In this document: piece by piece, positions 12,001 to 23,356 of the stretch | How positions within the stretch are numbered: the first letter of the stretch is position 1 | Layout of the letters: every line of letters starts with the position of its first letter | Assembly: GCA_002633005.1 (NCBI GenBank) | Contig: NMRA01000205.1 | Location: 171,645-235,644, forward strand | Reading direction: 5' to 3' | From: Phoronis australis | Taxonomy: Eukaryota > Animalia > Phoronida | DNA: 64,000 nt | Notes under the pieces: generated by a model | Database searches by the model: none | Told to the model about the DNA's origin: nothing | What the model saw: only the letters and a program-made list of their open reading frames with translations | Made by a program: the position numbers and the translations under genes

Positions 12001-15000
12001 TCATTAGGGCATGACAGTTTGTTTCGAATTGACAAGTTAATTCAACTATATAGATACAGTTGATTTTGCAAAAATCATGCCACTGTTTTTATTTCGCCAT
12101 CGCCGCCGTGCTTTGGCACACACACTGAACGTGCAAACATGTTTTGGATATGAGAGAAGAGAAAATGTCACCTATTTTTGTGAATTGAAGTGTCATGAGA
12201 AAATACTACTTTCGAGAATTGTTGTTGAAGTTGATGCCGTTTAGTGTTATCGTCCAGTTGATTCTATATAGAGTTTTAAACTCAAGTAATCTGTTTACTC
12301 AACTATGTTTATGACGTATGGAACTGGCATTGCTGGCACAGAGACTGGACCACGAATGACCGTGGATAAAGCGAGTTTTGTTGAGGGCTTTACCTTGAAA
12401 CAGTGGAGAGCAGTGATTGCTGACCGATATTCAGGTCGACAAATAAACCCACACTTGTCCCGTGATAACATATCACCAGACTCTCAAGATTAGCTAATAA
12501 TCATTAGACAAGGTTAACAAACGACAAGGTTAACGATCGCTATCAAAAGTGCTTTTAAGCATGCATGATCACCAGTCCCCCTCAAAAAACTTTTGCATAG
12601 TATTGGTCGTGACAGCATGAACACTGCTGTAGTGGGGCGTAGGTGCAGGTAGGCGCAGGTAGACGCAGCCAAGCACATTTTGGTATTTAAACGTAGCGTC
12701 TACGCACCGTAAGTTACGTTCAGTTCTCAAAGTGATACAGTGGGCTTTAGGCACCTACTTGCATCTAATTTTACCACTACAGCACTAATTATGAATGCTA
12801 CCCGACCAATGTCCTCAAAACTGTGTATTTTAGCACACTATCGGTCAGTAAGAAAATCTATGAATGGTAATTTTTGGCATGGCGGGAATTTTGGAAAATG
12901 AAAAGGTACAACGCTAACTTTGAGATATTGGGTGACATGGTTGGGACAGAAGTTAGTTGTATAATTTCAATTTTCTTCTATATTCAGTGCTTCCACAGTT
13001 ACACACGTGACAATATTGACAGTTCATACATGTCAATCAACCTATTAATTTCAGTCAATCAACCACGGGTTATGTATGCAAATACCGCGATCGTCCGCCG
13101 TTGTTCCTCAAATAATCGTCGCTAACGAAAGCAGAAAGGTACTTTAGACGCGCTTGAGACACTTGTAACGTAGACATTTTGTTTAGATAATTATTAAGTC
13201 ACAGGGATACAGGCATTCACCTCGTGAAACTCAAACTGAGTTGCATATCAAAATTTCATCTTTGGTAATTGTGATAGAGTAGGTCTGGTGTTCTCCGTTC
13301 CCTATAGTTCCGTTCCCATGTTTCCCAACCAATGTTCCTCTGTCCTTATGATCTCTCGCTCTGATGTTCCCTCGGCCCATCTTCCCCCGTTATTTGCCCT
13401 ACATGTATGTTACTCCTACTCGTTAATCTAATTTATGTTTTTAAGTTTGATAATTTGGTGTGCCTCAGGTGCATGAGCTTGCGTGTGGACGCCAAAAGCG
13501 TAACAAACAGACGCTTAATTCAGTGGCGGATCTACGGATCCCCCCCATCGGGCCAGGAGCCAAAAATTAAAAAAGAGCAAAAATGTCTCCAGCAAAACAA
13601 AAACGGCACCGCCAGCGTGTGTAAACCCCAAGTAAAAAAGTTGGAAAAAATGATGGGGGTGGGGTTTACTCTGAAAATATATTTTTTTGCCTTTTGATTG
13701 GCTGTTATGAAAATCAACGGATTTCGAGTCAGTCTCCGTGGCTCATCGGCAAAACCCCGGAGATCAATTATGCACGCGCTTCCGTCGACACTTCTGAAGT
13801 AGCCAAGCATTTTAGATGGATCCACCGCTGAAAGAGAAGCTCTATATCTGATTTCTTTAGGTAACTAGGTTCTTTACTCTAAGATATGTTTTGATTTGAT
13901 TAGGGGAAATACTGTGGTGCCGCAACCCTGATATTCAGGCGAATTGACGTGCAACGTTTTTAACTCATCTGTCATGCCGTGTCATCCTATTACACCCCAC
14001 ACGTTTGTAACTCGAATTTGACTGGTGTATAGTAAAGTTGGCTTGCGCAGTATCATACAGTGTACATGTACATGTAATACTTTTGAAAATAACTCGTTAT
14101 CCGAAGAATTGCTATTGTGGCGGGCGCCGTGGTCTGGTCGCGAGTCTGTTTGAAGATGCACTCTTACAAGTTATGTCTATACAAGGAATGACCAAGGGAG
14201 CACTCACATTGACAAAGTGACCGCATTCGCGAACAGTGTACCAGAAATTGGGAGGCTGAATTTTCACAACAAAGTCTTGCGGGACTCATGCGATGTTCAA
14301 TAGGCCTCCAAAGGAGGCATGTTGTAAGTCTTTTGAATGGACTTGGTAACCTCAGGGGACTTAGTGTCAACTGAGCTGCGAAACGAGATGCTGACATTGT
14401 AGAGGCGTGCAAGCTCATTGACACAGCAGTTGACGAAGTGCAAGTGTTGGGAACAAACGCCGCAGATGTCTGAGTAGAATGGTTCCAAGAGGAGCAAACC
14501 ATTGGATCCGATGTACAGATTTCTCGGCAGTCTAGACAACAGAAAGATAGGACCAACGTTCCTGGAGAAACACCCAGGTAATAAGTTATAATTCTACACA
14601 GTTTGTAATAATGTCGGTTTTTTATGCTTGTGTACAATGTAAACGAAATAGAAATTATTTTTGGACATGTCAAATTTACCCAGTACAGCAGAGGATCTAC
14701 GAGCGCACAGAAACTGATTCTGGTTTGTATTTCCACTTGAGTCTATCTGCTTCATATCCAAAATCTATTTCACGTAGTGCGTAGTTAAATCTGTACACAA
14801 TACTTGTTTCGTTTCTTCCAGTGAGTACTACAGATCGGTGCGAAAACCCTTCATAGACAACCTCTCGCAGTAGTTGACCACCAGATGTGTAAACTACACG
14901 TATGAGCATCCACTGGGGATTAAAAAGTGTTTAGAGAGAAGTTTTCAATTCAAAATTTTTTTGCAAAGTACGGTTAAGGTCTCGCGACGGACAAGGCCAG

Positions 15001-16998
15001 TTTGATTTTTGTAGATAGCGAGTTTCAGTGTACCTCTAGTCCCTCGGCGAACTAGTCTTGTGATGTTTTTTTACCAAAGTGTGCTTTGTAAAACTATTTA
15101 TCTCAGGCAGTACTGTTTGGTCCCACGACAGATCGACTATTTTTATAGGGATAATAAGCACAGGTGTACTTTTGGTCTCGTGACGGACCAGGCCAGAGTT
15201 TTTGTGTACTATCAGTGTACATCTCTTCCCTCTGCGAACTGCTCCTATATACTTATCTTTCCATCAAGGTGTACAGAATGTTTTGGTTTCGTGAAACCAT
15301 TTTCAGATGATTTGTTTCCTGATACACTTGACGTTTTTTAATTGTTGTCAACGTGATTCAGCTTAATAAAGCGATACTTAATTGTTTATTGTCGCTTTTA
15401 ATAATAGACTATGAGCCGAGGGCACCATCGTTCGCCAATTTTTCTCGTAACGAGACAGAACACATGTTTATTTCTGGACTAACAGTACAGGTCTTCGTTA
15501 TTAAACAGCTTGAGGCTGTTGCGATCACCTGATATTCAAGTTTTTACGCCCCGTCGGTGCTCCTTATGCTCTTGAATATTTGGTAGTTGTCTAAACCCCT
15601 GTATACACACCACACTTTTTCGTATGCTAAAAAGGTGTGTGTAAGCAGATGTTCCAACAAAAATAAATTTTTGCTGGTGGTGTGACTCATACCCAGATGT
15701 GCACAAATATGGTTTCACGAAACTTATGAGCCAAGTTCATGTGACGAAATCGAGAAGGGTTTTTAATTATCTTAAGAAAAACTCAAGGGTCATGTTAGGT
15801 GCCAGAAACGTACCAGGATGCATGGAAATTTCACTGTTTGGCTACAAAAACAAAAAGTTGTCTTACACGGGAGGGGGGTTTACCCCACTAGCCTCGGATT
15901 CGACCTTTGCGGGAATCCTAAACCCCCCTTACTGAAAACGGAGATCCACCACTGTAATTTCAAAGAAAAATAACTTTACATTGGCAAGTATCCGCTTACA
16001 TTGGCAGGTATCCGCTTACATTGGCAAGTATCCGCTTACATTGGCAGGTATCCGCTTACATTGGCAGGTATCCGCCGCGCTTTTCAGTAGTAGGATCTTC
16101 AACTTAAATAAGTAATGGACTAGGTAATGCACATTGAAATGTTTTACAATCGTATTTGTGAATTAAGGAGATTAATTTGCTGTTCTTAGAAGTGTTTCAC
16201 GGTATCCTGAAGGGCACGCGATGTAATAAGGATGACGAGGACCTGCGGCTGAGATGGGGTGCGACTTGATTTTCTATTAGATAGCTTCTTCATTTTTTAT
16301 ATCACTTTGAGATGTCTGCTCAAATCGACCTATACAAACATGGAATGATTCAGCTGATGTTAGCTTTGGTTTGATAATTCGCTGAATGAAACCCATTTTA
16401 GAGGCACTTTCCACGAAAACCCTGGGAGCTAGTCAGTAGTGTAGGGTATTAATTTGTGCACACTATTCCTAAATGAGGTGTATACGTGGGCCACGTTTTA
16501 TGCCACCTCTCAATAGGTGTGGATATTGGTAAAAAATTCTAGGTCTTGACGTCAACATGGCTCTTATTGTTTTCATTTCGGATTGGTTTAAATACCACAC
16601 CATATCTGGAAGCCCAGCTACAGCCCACACCTGACATGATGACTGCCATCCGGGCATCGTACGACTTGTACTTTTTCATCGACTGGATATACTTGTGGAT
16701 CAACCAACGGTGTACACGACAACGGTGTACACGACAACGGTGTACACGACAACGGTGTACACGACAACGGTGTACACGACAACGTTCACTTACCCAAAGC
16801 TAGATACATTCCGTTCAGCACAGATCCAATCCAGGATGTCTTCGCATTGGATTCACTGAAGTAATCCAGAAACTCGAGGTAGAAAACACCAAACGAGAAA
16901 CACATTCCATCCACCAGCATATTCACGACAAATGAGGCGCACATTATCACCCATCCATAGCCGCCGTCTGGCGGTATAGCTACTGGTACTTTGGTCAT
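2855..16998 (-). CDS. Monocarboxylate transporter (SLC16/MCT family, MFS), 6 coding exons, 571 aa: 16998-16794, 11453-11310, 10401-9580, 8221-7952, 6869-6744, 3003-2855
   Basis: MCT signature [59 protein letters not shown]. All five introns are GT..AG and phase 1; exons sum to 1716 nt and end in TAA. The start ATG is the likely one; upstream UTR exons were not located. Confidence 0.93.
3198..3845 (+). repeat. Degraded dispersed repeat of unknown class; probable host of the Kolobok insertion
   Basis: First ~90 bp (GGTAGAACCTCGCTAAAAGCAAGACTT...TTTGGCTAGATTTT) align with the reverse complement of ~43730-43813. Right boundary uncertain. Confidence 0.4.
4184..4459 (+). pseudogene. KolX-like accessory protein N-terminus (P2X7 cytoplasmic-ballast-like Cys-rich motif), truncated by internal deletion
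   Basis: Acidic N-terminus, GYMFEPE, then [22 protein letters not shown]. This matches the WCxCxxCxxMxxxxExxCCxE motif shared by Kolobok KolX and the P2X7 C-terminal domain. Confidence 0.8.
4454..5525 (-). pseudogene. Kolobok THAP-DDE transposase, 5' half (309-aa ORF 5525-4596, frameshift at A8 run ~4651, truncated)
   Basis: THAP finger [10 protein letters not shown]...HRFP...W...VCGKHF...[12 protein letters not shown]...WECVTGH module, then [15 protein letters not shown]...KIIDVEL in the next frame. Confidence 0.88.
6744..6869 (-). CDS. MCT coding exon 5 (absent from the ORF track)
   Basis: ttttag|CT GTG TTT...ATT GCA G|gtagcc encodes [42 protein letters not shown], the conserved MCT TM10-11 segment. 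Confidence 0.93.
7952..8221 (-). CDS. MCT coding exon 4
   Basis: ttcaag|GC TTT TTC ... AGC ATA G|gtataa; [11 protein letters not shown]...[17 protein letters not shown]. Confidence 0.9.
9580..10401 (-). CDS. MCT coding exon 3 (TM4-6, large cytoplasmic loop, TM7 start)
   Basis: ttctag|GA ATT GGA TTC ... ATG ACT G|gtaagt; within ORF 9488..10387. Confidence 0.93.
10687..10948. repeat. 28/31-bp minisatellite, ~9 copies (intronic)
   Basis: Unit ACAATGCGTGCAGTCAGGCCTACTGTAT; some copies have a 3-bp insertion. Confidence 0.95.
11310..11453 (-). CDS. MCT coding exon 2 (144 bp)
   Basis: ctttcag|GT CCT ATT ... ATG AGC G|gtaagt; [20 protein letters not shown]. Confidence 0.93.
13521..15954 (+). mobile_element. 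Degenerate hAT transposon (2434 bp) with 5-bp TSD TAATT
   Basis: CAGTGGCGGATCT...AGATCCACCACTG termini; TAATT at 13516-13520 and 15955-15959. An extra internal 3'-type end (GGATCCACCGCTG) ends at 13830. Contains a transposase remnant. Confidence 0.75.
14165..14581 (+). pseudogene. hAT transposase fragment (PRKRIR/THAP12- or ZMYM1-like)
   Basis: Manual translation with stops: [15 protein letters not shown]...[30 protein letters not shown]...EWFQE...[14 protein letters not shown], typical of the hAT C-terminal half. Confidence 0.7.
15976..16075. repeat. 20-bp tandem repeat x5
   Basis: TTACATTGGCA(A/G)GTATCCGC repeated five times. Confidence 0.95.
16706..16784. repeat. 15-bp tandem repeat x5, next to the MCT exon 1 donor
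   Basis: AACGGTGTACACGAC repeated five times. Confidence 0.95.
16794..16998 (-). CDS. MCT first coding exon
   Basis: [17 protein letters not shown]...GMYLAL G|gtaagt. Confidence 0.9.
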
Positions 16999-17606
16999 GA
17001 TTTCAGCTAGCTCGGGTACTCCAGTCAAATGCAAACCAAAATTTCACAGCCTCGATTGCCCCACAGTTGGCAGCAGTGCAGATGGCCAAATCAGCTGATT
17101 TGGGACGAGGGTCAAAATAGCGAATCGCCCGTATGATCTGATATCATTGTTGACTCACTATATGATAAGTCACGAACCTCTGGACCAGGAGTGAACGTTT
17201 ATAGACCCAGGCAACAAATATCAAAAAATATCTTCTGATAAGACATGCCATAAACTGCTGCATTCCATCCTTTTTATTTGTCTAAAGATTGGTAATCAAA
17301 TTTGGCCGTACACTCTCATAAATTCGCTCTCACTAATTCCTTACCTTGGTAGAATTCTGTTTCCGTTACCAACCTATGTCGCAGGCAAAGTTTTTATGCG
17401 AATTCGTAACTTAAGTGTTGGACAACTCCAATAAACTCTAGGGCGTTTTCTTGAGTCGCTAGAACCATCAAGGTAATGAATATTATGAGACCGATTCGTT
17501 TGAGAGTAATTGGTCTAATTCGGTTTTTGTTTTTTGTCACCAAAGCATGGCGAAATACAGCATTAACGGTGTAAGTATTGCATACATACACATATACGTA
17601 TTCGTA

Positions 17607-17802
17607 TGTGTGCTTGCATGATATGCGTTGCATTCAGGGCAGCTACCTTAGAATGGGATTGAGCTGTGTTGTGTGCTTGCATGACATGCGTTGCATTCAG
17701 GGCAGCTAGCTTAGAATGGGATTGAGCTGTGTTGTGTGCTTGCATGACCGGCGTTGCATTCAGGGCAGCTACCTTAGAATGGGATTAGAGCTGTGTTGTG
17801 TG
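17607..17802. repeat. ~62-bp tandem repeat x3
   Basis: TGTGCTTGCATGA...GCGTTGCATTCAGGGCAGCTACCTTAGAATGGGATTGAGCTGTGTTG occurs three times. Confidence 0.9.
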
Positions 17803-20187
17803 CGGACGGGTGTATTGGCAACGTCTTACATTGAAATCGGAGCTGCGTTGCGGCGCGTCACGTTTTGTCTGTTGCTGCTGGACTGACATTATGCCTATGT
17901 GACAACTGGCCGTATTTGAGCGTAAGACGTCATGTTCACAAGGGAAGGATGGAGAGATGTCGGTTCTCCAAAGCATCACGCGTGCACGTAGATATACAGT
18001 TGTAGATACTGTTAGCCTCATCCGAAGCAGCCAGAAGTTCAAATATCAAGAATATTTCTTCTTCCTCTTCTTCAGATACGTCAAACTTCAACTTCAGGCA
18101 CTGAATGAAAAGGGTGGGCCACTTCCAACAGTAAAAAGTGCGGTTATTACTAGTAGAAAAGTGCTTCTCACTGCTGTATAAAAGCAGTGTGATATTTGGA
18201 GCGATATGTTCCTGTATGCCTAGACACAGACCTGAGACCACATCATTCTGCACAGTACACAATCGAATAATGGCAGGAAAAAGCTGTGTAACTGAAAATT
18301 GGTCAACTATGGGGAATGCCATGATATGGTATGTCATGTGATAGAATAAACGAGTAGCATCTGTCCAATATCTGTTTCAACTTCAGTTACCCAGCAGATA
18401 AAAAGCTATGTTACTTCGCTTTGACTCTGTATTGAATAATTGTTGTCCAGTAAACCTAAGATCTAAGATCTGTGCGCCCTGTTTCAAAGGTTTCTGCTAT
18501 TGGCGTAAAAAGGTCACCGCCACCTATTATTTACTAAGCTACTAATAGCACAACGCCATGATTTGATGCAGTACATCATCATCACGGCTTGACTGCATAC
18601 GCGGATTTAGGGGTGGGGGGCAGGGGGCTTGCCGCAAGTAAAATGAAACAGCAACAGCGTAAAGTGTGAGGAAACATTGAGTTCATCCGGTAGCGGATGA
18701 GGGGGGGGGGCTTAAGGTGTATTGGCAGAAAACAAGGAATATTACGTACCTTGCATTTAATCATATACAAGCACGAATATTGCACTTTGAAACGATCACA
18801 GGAAACTAAGCACATCCATAAAAGCCAGTAGCTTATAGAAGCATGGGATTCGGTAAACGCTGGGACAGCAATAGAATCCCGGTATTTAATATAAGCCGGG
18901 TCTCAGTTGTCTGTTACATAGCAACGACAAAATGAGGACCAAAAGGTGGTGCGAAGTATTACCTATACACTGTCTTATCAAACATTGTGGTATCGCTCTT
19001 AAAATATTAGTAATAAGATTTCACTACCGTGAAGGGAACTGTTAGCAAAGACGTTTTTTTGTTCGTAGTTTTGGTATAGGAATTAAAAATGCCGCGTCTC
19101 TACATGTATTGAAAGCTGGAACATTTGAAATTAACAAACGCGAGGTTTATGTTAAAAGCTTTGATGTAGGCGGAATTTTACACCATTTGTCATAAAACAT
19201 AGATATATAGACTAGATTTTATATGACTGATTACGATTCGCGGGCGGCCATCTTGAGTGGAACTGTTTGTTATGAACATATATAGAAGACGCACTGTTAA
19301 CAACAAGAAAAGACGACAGTCACGTGACACGAATTATACCACGATACTACAATGCCCATGACGTTTTCCGTCGTGTCCACCTCTGGATATCTCCCGTCCC
19401 GGTTGCGAAATTTTGCCTTTACGAGCTTTTTGGTAGATCCACCAATTTGTCTGTTCAAATTCTGTTTCAATTAGAGCTTTCCCGTACCATATAGAGGTAA
19501 TCACTTTTTGAAGCTCCACCACACCTACACAATTATTCTCAAACAAAGCGTCGGACGTAATGTCCGCTGTTGTTTTCCGGTCATTTCTGCAAGGCGTTCA
19601 TTTGTGTTTAATTCCTGAGTAACTTCTAGCAACGGTCACCAGTGATCGTATAACTAGATCCTAGAACATATCTGACGTAGGCCGTGCATCAGTCATCAAT
19701 ATGCTGGAACCTCCAAGAATCTAATTGAGTATTCTAGTGGAATGAATGCTCATAGCTAATACTGTGACATAGTATAGAAATAAGAGTGGTTACCTGTCCT
19801 GACTTCTTCTGTAGTGTCGAATATTGACATCAGTTATGGGGCTACAAAGTACTTATCTGGAGTTATTGGTACGATGGTGGAGGACACTCCCTATCATGTT
19901 ATCAGAATTAGGGATATTTATTTCTAAAATTAAGGACCTTGAGGTCCCCCTGGTGATATTTCGACGTGGCTGCACTATTTTCCAGCATAACGGTTCCTGA
20001 CGCTATTTCAGTTAACTACGTTAGAAGTAGGTTAGCCATGATAGCGTTCTTATGAACGGCAGTCGCTACTAAGTGAAACTGAAAATCGGTGACAATAAAC
20101 GTAAATCATAACATAGACAAAAACCGTAGAAGCAGGTGTCTAGAATATAATCTCAAATATCGTCTGCTCACCTGCCAGTCCACGAAA

Positions 20188-20400
20188 ATGAAAGCTAACT
20201 TTGATTTAGTGGTTCAGCTTTGAAGAATTTGAATGGGGAGGGATGGATTTTGTGGAGGTGTCAAAGTCTGGGGTAGCTAGTGAGAGACATGGGGACCAAG
20301 TCGACGAAGTGGAAGTCCAGCAATTCACAGAATCGAAGAAAGGAAAGCACTTAAAAACTACGAGTGACATCAGCATTTTTGAGATTTGTTTTTTTCAGTG
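20188..20400 (+). mobile_element. 5' fragment of a second Crypton-family copy
   Basis: DFVEVSKSGVASERHGDQVDEVEVQQFTESK aligns with LDVEEVSQYEMATAIYGDKVDNVQVQQFIESK from the minus-strand Crypton at 23340-24520. Confidence 0.6.
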
Positions 20401-20916
20401 CCGTTCAACTCCCACGCGTATTGGCCAAAGAGTTAGAAATTAAGACTAAGCAAGAAATCTTAGGATGTTCTTCGGCCTCGCGAAAATACTCGCATGACGC
20501 ATTAACCTCGGCTAATAACACACCATTATAACAACACGTGTAGTTTAACATATTTATACCACGTTCTTATGATATAACCCTCATTTCTTCCTCGAGTCCT
20601 AATTTTTTTACCTTTGGTCAATACAGTACGCGTAGGAATCATGACAACGTCACTGAGAAGCGAACACACTTTTTATTGCTTCAAATGCAATTAGCAAGTC
20701 GCACATGTAAACATGAAACGCATTGTTCTAGAAGAATTAAATTTCTCACACAAGACGCGACTGGTTAATAACACTGAGTACGTAATTTTTCATATTACAT
20801 GGGCTAATCACAAAGTAGTGCGAAGTAGAAATCCATACGCCTTACATTTTATCGTCTGCAAAACACTAGAACAACCAAGCGCACGCCAACCAAACAATGC
20901 CGGAATTCAAAAATGG

Positions 20917-21072
20917 CAGTGGCGGATGTAGAGGGGGGCCAAGGGGGCCATGCCCCCCCTTAAAATTCTCCAAGATTCCATTGGGCAGTTCGGGAGTGCC
21001 AATGTCTGACATCCAAAATCCTGGCTAATACTCTGCCCTCCCCCCCAACTCAAAATCTTGGATCCGCCCATG
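20917..21072. mobile_element. Short hAT-type MITE, near-perfect 5-bp TSD (AATGG/GATGG)
   Basis: CAGTGGCGGATG...GATCCGCCCATG termini. Confidence 0.7.
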
Positions 21073-22694
21073 GATGGTGGCAAGGTTATGATTGTCAAAT
21101 CGGCTGTCGCAACTGTACGTACTCCCAGTCGGAAGGGCGTGGAAACAACTTCTTAAACGGACGATCTTCGGCGGAAAATTTCCAAATCCACGTTCATTGA
21201 AATGGACAAGAACCCCAAGTACAGAAACGCGGCGAGACTGTCTAGCTGTGTTGTCTCAAGGTCAATTCAATGCTCACGCGCGGGGAAGCCATGTTGACTG
21301 TTATTTATTAACATTTTTAAGTGTAAATATTACAACTTCAGAGGCTATTTATGAGATTCTAACTTGAATATTTGCCACGAAAGCTGAATACAATTTACAA
21401 TTGTTGAGCTTAAAATAAAACTATTTACAAAAAGTAACTGAATTCCTTTACTTTGCGCAAGCGTGTTTTTACAAAAGTTGTGTCACGTGGCTGAAAGTTT
21501 TAGACATGTCGAGTTTTTAGCCAAAAAGTTTGTTTTTACTGTTCAGTGAGAAGCAGAGGGATTTTGACAAAATTTCCTCCAAGAGGTTTTGCCCATGTCA
21601 TAAACCTGAGACGAGTGTCAGATTCTCTATATATGTTATAACATCAGCAATGAGTTAATTCAATAGACTTCAAAATTAGAACAATTCTTAACAGGATAAC
21701 TGCGACCGAAGAGGCGCGTTAAAAGTCAAATTTGAAGTACGCGGTTGTTGTGTTACAACTGTTACTGTGAATCGGTCTTACTTTTCTTCGTATTAACTGT
21801 AATATTGAAGACCCCTCCCGTAGAATTTACGAAAATGGACGTTAGGACTTTGGATGTGTTGATTGAAGAGTCGGGCGATAACTAACAGTTCAAGCCAGGC
21901 GTCAGGGTAGGAGACATTGTTGATGGGACTGTTACGCTAGATCTTGAAGAGCAAGTTGAAGCTGATACTGTTAATGGTATGCTCATCCTAGCTGACTTGT
22001 GCACTAGCAGGCTTAGTTGGCCGAGTACCGAGCACATGTTGCGCAGCTCACTGATGTCTGCTGTGGCGTACTTGTTCAGGCTTTAGATGTTTTTATGTCC
22101 GGTCAATGAACAGTCTCTCTCTTTCGCACGCTATGGTTCGTCTTCTTGCAACTGATGCCGCATCTTTGACACGTGGACTTCATGATATTTCCGAGTGTGT
22201 ATACACCCAGTGGCTGAGCACTACACCATAATTCACTACCGGGTAGACGGTTTGTGTTGACACGGATGTAGAAGGGAGATGAAGGCTGCAGCATACTGGC
22301 TAGTCGATGATCACAAAAAATTTATACGCAAGTACTGGTTTTGCCTGCTTGGGTGCAAAGGCTCTTATGTGACCTGACGTACCGTTACGCGTCTTTGTGT
22401 CTCGCTCTTTGAAGACCAAAAACTCGCCATCGGTGTCCTCTACTAGTGTGATGTCGTCCCAGGTAAGTTTCCCGTTGTTGTTGTTCCCTAAGAAACCAAG
22501 TAGCTTTGTGCTATTGTACCAAACAGTATTTACACCAGCTTCTGGGGTGTGTGTCCCCAAAATGCCTTTTTCCTAGAGAACCTGCTCATCTTCTTTGGTC
22601 ACTGGTTCGCAGGAATGCGGTTTGTTGCCCAAGACATTTTGTTTTAGATCTTTTCGCTTGGCTTTCAAGACTGCCTGTGACGTTCCAAAGCATT

Positions 22695-23189
22695 TGTGTG
22701 TGATTAAAGAAAATTTACAACTCTATAGCTGGCTCTTTATTGACTATCGCTGTAACTGCTGATTCTCTTCACTGCAACTTATCTGTAATTCTCCTGATTA
22801 ACTTTCTTGAACTGACTTGATCTTACTAACACAAACCCGTGCTTGTGTATTTATATCCTAATGCATTGTTCTGGAACTTAACATCTATTCAAGCACATTC
22901 TAGAACTTTCCTGAATCTACCCAACCATTCTATAAACTTGTACTAGTCTCTAGAATATTCCAGAATGCATTAATCACTGTCATGCTAGAGTCTTCTTGAA
23001 AGTTCCACACTATACTGTAGTAAACAAATTACATCATCACTACTGACCTCGGTCCTCTAGAAAGTTCCATACTATTCTGCAGTAAACAAATTACATCATC
23101 ACTGTACTTAACTCAGGGGTCATGCCAATCAAACAGGATAACAAAACAAAGCAATGCAAATAAAAACAGGGTCAGTCTATATTCTGACA
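22695..23189 (-). mobile_element. Probable solo LTR inserted in the Crypton
   Basis: Minus strand begins TGTCAG and ends ...AATCACACA, with a TATA-like GGATATAAATA and a downstream AATAAA. It interrupts the Crypton reading. No TSD seen. Confidence 0.55.
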
Positions 23190-23356
23190 TATCTCTTCCA
23201 TGAAGAAGCAGTGGATGGTTGATCTCTTCCATGCTCATATTTTAGAGTTTTTTTTTTCTGATGTTTCTTGTTTCAGGCTTCAAACGTTCTGACGTCACGG
23301 TTTTTCTTGGTGTTTTCTTTTGTTTGTTTTTTTTACTTTGATTCTATGAATTGTTG

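Noticed and set aside
14164-14909. Minus-strand ORFs (190, 80 and 70 aa) as genes
   Set aside because: No recognisable motifs. They lie inside the hAT relic, whose real coding remnant is on the plus strand.
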